Part shown: positions 40,396 through 51,269 of the stretch, piece by piece | Numbering within the stretch: the first letter of the stretch is position 1 | Layout: each line of letters opens with the position of its first letter | NCBI GenBank assembly: GCA_028534125.1 | Contig: CM052817.1 | Location: 83,826,001-83,890,000 of the forward strand | Direction of reading: 5' to 3' | Source of the DNA: Lama glama | Lineage: Eukaryota | Length of the DNA stretch: 64,000 nt | Notes under the pieces: generated by a model | What the model was told of the DNA's origin: nothing | What the model saw: only the letters and a program-made list of their open reading frames with translations | Databases searched by the model: none | Translations under genes and position numbers: made by a program

Positions 40396-43189
40396 TAAAA
40401 AATGTGTTTAAAACAATTAAAATAATAAGATGTTGGTAACACATTTATAAATAATCTGAGAGAATAGAGAACCAAGGACATCTTACTCATGTAGCAACAG
40501 GTGGCCATAAAGTTACTGATGAATTTTATATTGTTAAAAACAAGCATATTTATTAAAGCATACAATATGGAAGCTAAAAATAATTTACAAATTGAGAGCA
40601 TATATACAGCCAAAAATGATTATCCAGAATTTATAGAAAATTCTTATGACTCAACAGACAAGAACAGAAAGCCATATTAAAAAATAGGTTAAAGACTTGG
40701 GTAGGGTTTTGCAAAAGAGGAAATCCAAGTGGCTAATAGACAAATGAAAAATGCTTATCCTCTTCATTAATTAGGAAATTGTAAAATAAAGTTACAGTGA
40801 GTAATGTTTCATGTGCATAATACTGTCTTATGTTCTCAGTGTTTTCCTTTCTGTATCATTGATTTCTGCTCTTTATTATTTCTTCCTTCTATTTATTTGG
40901 GGTTTAATTTGCTTTTTTTTTTCTAACTTCCTAAAGTAGAAACATACAATTTGTTAGTAAACTTTTCTTCTTTTGTTTTACAGGCATTTAAAGCTATAAA
41001 TTTTTTTCTAAGCACTGCTTTAGCTGCATCAGACAGATTTTGATCTGTTATGTTTTTATTATTCAGTTTAAAATATTTTATAATTTCCCTTGTGACTTCT
41101 TCTTTGACTCATAGATTATTTAGAAGTATATTTTTAAAATTTCTAAGTATTTGGGGGATTAAAAATTGTTTTATTGTGGTAAAATAGCCATAACTATCTT
41201 AACCATTTTTAAAGGTACAGTTCAGTGTTGAGGATATTTTGAGATACCTTTCATTTATTGATTTTTAATTTAATTCCTTTGAGGTCAGAGGGTATGTTTG
41301 CAAATGTGTCTTTTGAAATTTATTGAGCCTCTTTTATGGCCCAACATGTGGTCCATATTGATGGAGAATTTTATGTACCATTGGAAATAATTTACTATCT
41401 GCAATTTTTAAGTGTAATTTTCTGTAAATGTCAATTAGACCGGGTGGTTGTTCTTATATATCATGTAAACTTTTTTTCTTTTTTTTTCTTTTTTATATGA
41501 AATACAGAGAGGGATTTAAAATCTTCAGCTATGATTCAAGCTTTTATATTTCTTCCTTTAGAGCTGTCAGTTTTGTTTCACGAATTTTGTAGCTCTGTTA
41601 TTAAATGCATATATAAATATATGTTAGACACATATATATGCATTTGTTATGAGATGCTGTATACATATGTACATACATAGTTATGTATTCTTGATGAATC
41701 AACTCATCATTTCTTATAATGCCTGTCTTGAAGCTGACATTACCAGCTTTCTTCCTTTTATCTTTTTATTTTCAGCCTATTAGTGCCTTTATTTTAAAGG
41801 AGGGTTTCTTGTAGACATCATATAATTAGGTCTTACTAGTTTTAATGTTTCTGTTTCCTTTAAAATCTTTTTTTTGTGACCTCTTGGAGTTTATCAAACA
41901 CTATAATAATACTACATTTTATTTTCTCTTTTGGCTTCTTAGTTATGCCTATTTAAACTTTTTTTTATTTTTTAGTGATTACTCTAGGACTTATAATATG
42001 CCTCCTTAACTTTTAAAAATCTATTTAGTGACAATAAGTATCATTTCACACTTTTCACTTCTCATCTGAAATTTAATACTTTTTGGCTTACAAATATATA
42101 ATATATAATTACAAAAATATAATTGTATTACTTTTGGGCTAGTGTTGTCATATCCTTTTAAACATATTCTAAACCCCATCTTAAAATGTTATTATTTTGC
42201 TTTAAACTAAACAATTGTCTTTTAAGGAAATTGTGAAAAGAAATACCGTAGTCTTCTATATTTACCCGTTTTATTCCTTTTTATAATTTCAGTTTTTATG
42301 TGATATTATTTCCCTCTTTGCCGAAAGAACATGTTTTAGCATTTCTTGTAGTGTAAGTCCACTGACAAGTCATCTCAGCTTTTGTTTGTTTACCTGATAA
42401 TATCTTTATTTGACCCTGATTTTTGAGTGATATCTTTACTAGGTATAGAATCTGAGTTGAGTTTTTCCTTTTGACATTTTAAGGATGATATTACACTGTC
42501 TTCTGGACTTTACTGTTTCTAATGAGAAGTCAGTCATTTGTATTATTCCTTCGTATATAATCTGTCACCCCACACCCCCGCCCCCAACCCTTCCCCGCTG
42601 CCTTCAAGATTTCCACTTTAACTGCTGATTTTCAGCAGTTTTACTATGATGTCTGTTCAGTGTGGTTTTCTTTGAACTTTTTCCAATTTAGGGATAACTG
42701 AAATTCGTGGACTAGAATTTGGAGTTTTTCTTCAAATTTGGGAAACTTTCAGCTATTATTTCTTTGTACTCTTAATCTTACTCTTTTTTTAATTTGGGGA
42801 TTTTAATTACATGTATGTTATACCATTCAGTAGTGACCCCTGAGGTTCCTTCTGTTTTCTTTTATCTATATTCTCTGTTTCATAGGTCGGATTATGTCTA
42901 TAAATCTGTCTTCATTTTCACTAACTTTTGTCTGCCATCTTCGTTCAATTTTTTTTTTCATATGATAAAGAAACATGTTTGATTTTGACCAATAAGGATT
43001 ACAAGGAGCCTCCATGGAACACAGGAAATTCAACTACTCTTTAGTAATGCTAAATTTAGCAATAACAAAGTAATCTCAGTCTAATCTGATTATCAGACTA
43101 TCTTAATTTTGCCTCTATCAGGCTACTACTTGGTAAGTTTATAATGGAGAACAGAATATCAGAAGGAAATGTATTGGCATTTCTGATGC

Positions 43190-43585
43190 CTTTACTGAGC
43201 TGGGGAAGACCTTTTAAGTGTTTCCTATTTTTTTGTTTCTTCTCTTTGAGCACTTGCAGTAACTTGCAAAAGCCATCTGTTCCATTTTTGAACATGTTAT
43301 TCTTTCTAACAGAGAGCTGAGAATCTGCCACTGTGTGATTTATAAAGCTTTGTTTCCTTGAGCTCTGCTAAATAAATCTGCTTCCATTTGAGTCTTTTAG
43401 ATGTTCAGTCATCCTGTCTCCTTTACTGTCCCTAGTCCAAGTTAAACCTGCCTGATTGTTGCAAGTGTTTTTCAGATGGTTTGATTTTTCGATCTCTTTT
43501 CATCTCTATTGCACTCCTGGACATACATAAGGCCCATTTGGTCACAGTGCCCACCTTAAATTATCGTGCCCAGAACTGAATGTTA
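43190..43585 (-). mobile_element. L3/CR1 3' fragment inside the insert
   Basis: Minus strand ttcagttctgggcac..tttaag..tgtccagg..gtttaacttgga..ggcagattctcagctc resembles the CR1/L3 3' region in order. Confidence 0.6.
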
Positions 43586-43600
43586 AGAGTAGTGAGCATT

Positions 43601-44433
43601 TCAAATCAAAACTACAACTAGGTACCACCTCACACCAATCTGAATAACCATCCCTAAAAAGTCCACAAATAACAAATGCTGGAGAGGGTGTGGAGAGAGG
43701 GGAACCCCCACCCTAAACACACACACACTGCTGGCGGGAATGCAATTCAGTGCAGCCACCATGGAAAACAGTATAGAGGTTCCCCCCCCAAACAAAAATA
43801 GAGCCACCATATGATCCAGCAATCTCACTTCTGGGCATGTATCTGGAGAAAACTCCAACTCAAAAAGATGCATGCATGCTAATGTTCACCACAGTACCGT
43901 TCACCATAGCCAAGGCATGGAAGCAACCCAAATGTCCATTGACAGATGAGTGGATAAAGAAAATGTAGTGCATATATACAGTGGCATACTACTCAGCCAC
44001 AAAAAATAACCAAACAATGCCATTTTCAGCAACATAAATGGACCTAGAGATTATCATACTAAGTGAAGCAAGTCAGACAGAAGAAGAAAAATACCACATG
44101 ACATCACTCATAAGTGGAATCTAAAAAAAGGACACAAATGTATTCATCCACAAAACAGAAACAGATTCACAGATACAGAAAACAAAACCATGGTCACCAG
44201 GTGGGATGGGGGAGTGGAGGGACAAGTTAGGAGTTCAGAAATTACAGATACCAGCCATTGTATATAAAATTGATAAATAACAAGGTCCCACTGTATAGTA
44301 CAGGGAACCATATTCAACATCCTGCAACAACCTATAATGAAAAATAATATGAAAAAAAATGTATAACTGAATCACCATACTGCACACCAGAAACTAACAC
44401 AACATTGCAAGTCAACTATACTTCAATTAAAAA
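43601..44433 (+). mobile_element. L1 ORF2-end/3'UTR fragment with strong T>C skew
   Basis: caaatcaaaactaca...caactatacttcaattaaaaa; aligns with the reverse complement of the 26196-26841 L1. Confidence 0.92.
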
Positions 44434-44620
44434 GCCAACCATGTACTAAGATGCTTTCCATGTTCCTATATCAATCTTATAGTAACTCTGGAGGAAGTTT
44501 TTGTCCCCATTTTATAGATGACATTACACAATTTGAAAACTAACACAGCCAATCAGTGGTGGAGCCAGTAGTATCAGGTTTGCTGACTCTTCACTCTGAA
44601 CATGCTCTCAACACATCCCT
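44434..44620 (-). mobile_element. MIR SINE inside the insert; tail appears split by the 43601 L1
   Basis: gtactaag..tccccattttatagatga..acacagc..agtggtggagcc; remainder tgagcatt at ~43593-43600. Confidence 0.65.
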
Positions 44621-44980
44621 CAGGTTGAGTTCATCAGTCTCAGTCTTCTCTTCATTTCAGTTACTTTCCTTCTGTTATGAAAGTTCAAGATTGTATTAGT
44701 ACCTCTTGCTCTTATTGTGTTACCTGTTGGAATCTTTTAAGTCAGAATTTAATTTTAATATTATTTTATGTTTTTGAGACTTTTCTAATTTATTTTCAAA
44801 AAATGTGGAAGTGTTGGTTTCCCAACATTGATTCTGACTTTGTAGAGATAGGAAATTTGAGACACCTGTAGATTTCTAGTGGACATCCTCATGTGTAAGG
44901 ATGTCTGTAGATCCTTGGCTTTTCCTGTGTTGGTTTCTTTCTTCTGAAGTAAATGTTTAGACTTTTGCCTCTTAAGGTTA

Positions 44981-45139
44981 CAGATTTTGTGAGGAATTTT
45001 GTCTTTTGAAGTAGGCGATGTTCTGTCAAATTTTGGCAGGTGTTCTGAGTGTAATGGGTAGGTCCATAGATGTCTTTCTTGGTATATTCATGGGAGAGGA
45101 TGAGGTAAGAGCATCCTGCTCCGCCATCTTGGCACCCCC
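44981..45139 (-). promoter_or_regulatory. First ~160 nt of an L1 5'UTR with YY1-type motif CAAGATGGCG
   Basis: CAAGATGGCGGAG..CATCCTCTCCCATGAATATACCAAGAAAGACATCTA..CAGAACACCTGC resembles laurasiatherian L1 5' ends; similarity stops at AAAATCTG. Confidence 0.75.
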
Positions 45140-46396
45140 TATCCATTCTGTTTTTAATCTCATCCAAGTACAAAGTTTCAGTTCTACAATTTATATTTTT
45201 TTATAGTTTTTTTCTGCTGGGACTCCCTATTTGTTCACTCATTAAGACCATCTTTTCTTTCAGTTCATCAAACATTAACTATATAATAGTTACTTTAAAG
45301 TTCATATCTTAAAATCCAACATTTGAAACATCTGGAAGACAGTTTCTGTTGATTGTTGTTGTCATCGTTTTCTTGACTATGTGTTATATTTTCCTGTTTC
45401 TTTTCACATCTATTAATTTAAAACCTTTTTTACCAGACATTGTAAATATTATACTGTAGAGATTATAGATTATGTCATCTTCCTATGAGGAATATTGATT
45501 TTTTTGTTCTATTGGCTGGCCAGCTTGGAATTTTGTGGGCTTTGTTTTACTGTTTGTCATGTTGGATCTTTGGGAAGCCTTTCTAACTTGACAAAGCTTC
45601 ACCTCCAAACTCAACATCTTGTCAGGTTTTGTGTTAGGCTCTGCTAGGGAATCTAGAATAGGTCTTACTATAAGATGTGAGCCTTACTTTATAGTATGGC
45701 CTAATTTTTAAAGAGTGTCTCACCTGGATTCCCTGGGTGTTAATGAGTGGTTAACAGGGGGTCTCCATTCTCGGCTGGGTCTGTATGCTGTCATCTCCCA
45801 ACACCATTAGATCTTTAATATATCTGTTTAGCTCAACCCTATAGCACCCTTTTAAGATATATTTCAGAGAGTCTTATCCTCCATATTTGTAGCTCAGCCT
45901 CAGCCAAGGATTCACAGAGGTCTGACCCTTACTCAAATGTATTGCCTCCAACTCTGATAGCTCCCTCTTCCTCAGTGCTCTGCTCCACAGATTCCACAGC
46001 TTCAGTTTCCCTGAATGCTAAGCACTACCTTCACAGCTCAGCAGGAGAGCCATGCTTTGCTTCGGCTGAAGCGTGTTGTGCCATGAGTGGGAAGTTGTAC
46101 TGAAAAAGAGAACTGGGGTGATTGTGGAGTCCACCTTGTGAATGTCTCTTCTCTCAGAGGTCAAGGTCTTACATTGGTAGTTAGCCAGTGCTAAAAATAC
46201 GTATTTTATGTCAGTTCATGGTTATTTTTATTTAGAATTGTAGGCTTGTATCAGTTATTCCATCACAGGCAGAAGCAGAAGATCATAATTGTTACATCAT
46301 AAAATTAATGTCTAACGATATTAAGTCCTTGCAAAGAATGGTACAACAGGAACTCATAAACCATTTTTGGTGCTAGATTAAGTTGTTATAACCATC

Positions 46397-46566
46397 TTTT
46401 TTTTAAAATTGAAGTATAGTTGATTTATAGTATTAGTTTCAGTTGTATATCATGGTGAGTCACAATTTTTTTATAGATTATCCTCCATTTAAAGTTATTA
46501 AAAATATTGGCTATATTCCTTGTACTATATAATATATACTTGAAGCTTATTTTATATATAGTAGTG
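46397..46566 (-). mobile_element. Short L1 3' end
   Basis: tttttaaaattgaagtatagttgattta...aaaatattggctatattcc. Confidence 0.8.
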
Positions 46567-49500
46567 AAGGCAGCCAGTTGGCTTGATTTGAAGGGGGGAA
46601 ATGGAGAAAAGAGAGGTGAAGACAGAAAGTAACCTCTGATGCTAGAAGTGGGTAGACTATCTCTTGAATAAATGTTAAAGTCTTATAATTATTGCTAAGA
46701 ACAGTGATGATGAAAATCTTTTGTTTCAAAGAAAGTGTGTTGAAGAGTGACCAATAATTCAATATTGAAGCAATATGTAAGTCAATAAATGAAAAACAAA
46801 TCAGTTTCTAAAGTATCTCCTTCAAAGATAGTATTACAATGCAGTCTTTGTAATTTCTAAAATTCTAGCCTACTCCTTCGTTAATGGAGTTGCAGTGATG
46901 TGTAACACAAATGTACTTATTAATATCCTGATAAAGATAAAATTTATGAAAAATACACAGTTTACAATCTTTATTATTTCTTTAGTAAAGAAAAGTTGCT
47001 CAACATTGATTGGTCTAAGAAGATCTAGGTATGTGAATTCTCTAATGCAATGGAGTTAAATGTTATTTGGGAATTAGTTCTAGAGTTCTTTTTAAGTTGA
47101 AAATTGAGTATGGCCAAAATACTCTTTAAAACTCCTTTAAGCCACTTGTAAAATACATATGTGAATTTAAGTATAGCCCTGCATCATATTATGCATATTA
47201 TATTTATCATATCTATAGTAATGTAGCAGGATCATATTTGTAAAATATTCGAATATTTACTATTTTAGCAAATTTGTGAAGATTCTAACTTGGTGACCTT
47301 GTTCATGGTCATCTTTTTCCTAAGAAGCTGATTTTTAAAATAATTTAACTTTTAGTCAGTGTGTCTCTGTGTTTCTCAACCCTTTTTTAAAACATGAAAG
47401 CCTTTAGTTGTAAAATTAGGTTCCTGAGGTTATGGTAAAAGTGTATACCTGTTTGGACACTTTTAGTGGTCAGGACATTATTAAAACATATACTTCCTTT
47501 TGTTGGATTTTTATTTATGTGAGTTAACACTTTTGGTTTTAATTATATCAGTGCATATGTTCACTGAGTAGGATGGTGGTTGCATTAAAAAATAATCACT
47601 TGAAAAAAGTAATTGTTATTGCTGAACAAGTATAATCAAATTTCTATAAGTTAAGTATTAGTACTATGGCACTTTACTGAAATTGAAGTTTGTTTGGGTA
47701 GGTGGAATGGGACCAGACTGTGAAGTTTCTTAAGCTGTGTAGGAATTTAGAATATGGAGTGATTGCAGTTCTTATAAAGAAAAGGAGTATAACCAAATAT
47801 GGTTTAATAAGATTTAATCTAACAGAGGCATTAATGTAGATCAAAGCAGGGGAGGGCAGAAGTTGAGTTTAAACTTATTTATAATAGTCCAAGGGTAAAG
47901 TGAAATGCTGAACCAAAGGAATAGCATTTTTTTAAACAAGTATTTATTAAAAACCAGTTATATTCCAGGCTTTGAGAGAATTGAAGAAATGCCAGAATTG
48001 GGAAAGGATTTTAAAGAAACAATTCATTGTACCATTGCGATAGAAATAGAAACATTAACAAGAAAAGACTGGGAGGAAATGATACCGAGATCACATTTGG
48101 AAATGTTGAGTCAGTGTCATGGTGTCTATTTACGTAAAATGTCTTTTATCATCTCTCTATATCCTAGAGATGATAAGAGAGCCAGAAATGTAGATTTTAG
48201 AGTGTTTAGTATAAAAGGAAGAATTAAAGCTGAAAGAATGATCAAACTTTTCAGACACTGAAGAAATAGAAGAGAGGGAGCAAAAGAGATAGGAATGTCT
48301 GCTGGCAGTTATTAGGAGAAAAAAATAGAAGTAGTTATTTGTAGTTTTACTTGAAGAAGGCAAGAAAATAAATGGTTTCAGAGATCATGATCCATAAAGA
48401 GGTATATTCTGGCTCATCTATATCTTGAATTTTTTTTCACCACTCGTTTCTTACTTTTTCTAAGATCAACTTTGTCCTTAAAATTTGTCTTTTCCTGATG
48501 TTTACCCCATTGTACTTACCATCTAGACTGCAGTTCATATATTGGATGAATAGGAGGTCAGGAAGTTGAAGCACCGAGAGTTCTTTAAAGAAATGTGGCT
48601 GAGAGAAACCTTCCTTGCTGGTTCAACTTCCCCTTGTCCTCTTCTTGACAATATGAGTTATAAATAAGTACAAAATACATACTATTGAAAGATATTTTTA
48701 ACCAGTATTAGTTTTCTATATATAGTATAAACATATTTATATATCAGAAATATAAATTTATATTTTATTCCCTCCAAGTCTTTATTTAACCTTCAGAAAA
48801 GTTTTAAGTATAATATAATGAACAACAGTATAACCTTCACCTAGATTCAACATTTGTTAACATCTTACCATATTTGCTTTCTCTCTACATAATACATATG
48901 TAGATGTATATAATATATATGTACATTTTTCTGAACCACTTGAGAGTTGTAGACACTATGCTACTTTATCCCCAAATGCAAAGCTTGTGTCTCTCAGAAA
49001 CAAGTATATTCTCCTACATAACCAGAACTATCAAACACAGAAAATTTAGTGTTGATAGACTGCTGTATCTAATATATATAGTCTATAGTTAGATTTCTCC
49101 AGTTGTCCTAATATTGCCCTTTAAAACTTACTTTTATTTTTTTGATACCAACTCCAAGAATCACACATTATGTTTAGAATTGTATAATTTTAATATTCTT
49201 TAATTTGGAACGGTTCCTTGGCTTTTTTTTTTTTTTTTACGACGATGACATTTTTGAAGAATCCAAGAATAAAGGTCAATAGTCCCTCAGTTTAGGTTTG
49301 CCTGGTGTTGCTACATGATTAGTTTCAGGTTAAATATTTTTGGCAAGAGTATTACATAGTTGATGTGCCCTCCTTAGTACTTCACCTCAGGAGACATAAG
49401 ATGTCAGTTCCAGAATCAGTCATTTAGTTATCATGGTCCACCATATTTCTTCTCTTCATATTTCTTCCAACAGGTGAAGGTACCTGATTTTCTTTGTAAT

Positions 49501-51269
49501 TAATAAGCGATCTCTGGAGTGATATTTTAAAACTGTTTCCCAGCAATCTTCACTCAGTGTTTTACCCTCCATTGATGATTTTTGCCTGAATCAGTTATTA
49601 CTATGGTGTTTATAAGATGATAATTTTTTGTTATTCCCTCTATGTTAATTAGTTGGCATTCTTCTGTAAAAGAGAACTTTCCACTCCTTTTTTTTAAATT
49701 TTAACTTTCTCTTTTCTTTTTATCTTTTCAGTGTCAGTATACCATTGACACTAAATGGTGTCTAAAATGTATACCATTCCATTCCTGTCATTCATTTTGA
49801 TGTTCAAAGTGTTTCATGTTTGGTCAGGTTAGAGCTCTCTCAAGATGAGTCATATATGCAACTGTTATATCCTCATTTTTTAGTACTTTTCATAGCTTAT
49901 GGCATGACAAGGTGGTCTGCTTGCCTTTACTGGGGGGTGTTTGGTTTTGTGTGTGTGTGTATTAAAATATACATACAAAAATTTACCACTTCAACCATTT
50001 TTAAATGTACTGTTTTTGATTGCTTTTTAAATGTGGTTTTCCCTGGTTGTATCCTTGACCTGCTTCTTTTATTACTTTGTTACCTTGTCCACAAGTGAGA
50101 GAATTTACTCCTAGGTTTTTAATCATTAACTATATGCTAATGATTTCCTCACGTCTTTGTGGGACTCTTGAACTATATAACCAGTAGAACTATATAACCA
50201 ATATTCCAACTGTTTCATGTTCCACAGGTATCTCATTTATATTTTGTCTCCATTTAAAAAAATTAAAGGAAACATACCCTAATTCTGTCTTTTATATTTT
50301 TTAATTTTTGTTGGGTGCCTTAGGAATCTTCATCAATTTCTGACTTCCAACATTTGTCACTAGGTCATGTCCATCCTTTCCTATCCATCCCTACTGCCAT
50401 GTGACAGTTCTGGCCTGAACCATCTCTCCATATGGTTTGTACCCTAGGCTCTTGGCTCTGGTTCATTTCTTTCTAGCTTTCCTCTTGTCCAAGTTGTCTT
50501 CCTCCTTTCCTCTCTTCTTCCAAGCAAGTGAGGGAATTTACTACCAGAAGCCCAAGAAGCAGTACTTGCTTCCTGGCATGTCTTTATCTAAGACTGCAAA
50601 GAATGATTTGGCATTTCTCTACTCCTATCTTTGGTCTTCTTTCCTCTGTGTTAGCTTCATTTAAGTCAGGCTTTCTCCATGAGGTGGCAATGATGGCTGC
50701 AGATAGTTTCAGGCTTTATTTTCAAAGTAAGTGATCCCAAGGAAAATAATGCAAATTCCTCAAATTTCTAAAATATTAATCTGACCATTTCCCTAATTTT
50801 CTTAATGTTCTTCAGTGCTTCTTTACTCTCTTCAAGATAAAGTTCAAATTCTTGGCAAACAACAGTTCATAATTTGGCTCTTACATATGCATCTTCATTG
50901 TGCCACTGCTTTCAGTTTTAAAAGTTATACTCCATAAATACCAAGTTGCATGTGTTATTTCCTCTGCCTGCAGTATTGTTTTACATTGTTTACTTGCCAA
51001 ACTCGTTTCATCCTTTAGATTGCAAAACCCAGTTCAAATTTTACTTTTCCCAGGAAATACCTCTTCAATAGCTTTTATTTTTATCCACCTCAGGAAAAAA
51101 ATCACTTTTTAAATTCTAACTTTTTACCTCATATGTGCCTATTTTTAACTTATACTGAAATGTAATTAACTTGTTTACAAGTCTTTCTTATCCACTGATT
51201 ATTGTCTCTTTGGTCCCTTTTTGAGCAAGACAAGGTATAAATTTATAAAAACAAAAACAAAAATTAGAC

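Larger units (their letters stand above)
42949..45139 (-). pseudogene. Retrocopy of an L1-promoter chimeric transcript (L1 5'UTR + captured genomic sequence + poly(A))
   Basis: Minus strand starts GGGGGTGCCAAGATGGCGGAG and ends AATCAA..20 nt..A10; interrupts an older L1; TSD only degenerate. Confidence 0.7.
40826..46283 (-). mobile_element. Old L1M (5' region/ORF1/ORF2 start), split at 42946/45140 by a younger insert
   Basis: Antisense L1 motifs (aagcactgctttagctgcatc, tttctaatgagaagtcag, tcagctattatttctt); sequence appears to resume across the insert (ctgccatc..ttc / tccattctg..catcc). Confidence 0.75.

Noticed and set aside
44889..45173. 94-aa minus-strand ORF over the retrocopy head
   Set aside because: Starts in the host L1 and crosses the insertion boundary; no recognisable protein.
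47905..48261. 118-aa ORF, longest in the track
   Set aside because: Lies in degraded L2-like sequence; no homology or exon structure.
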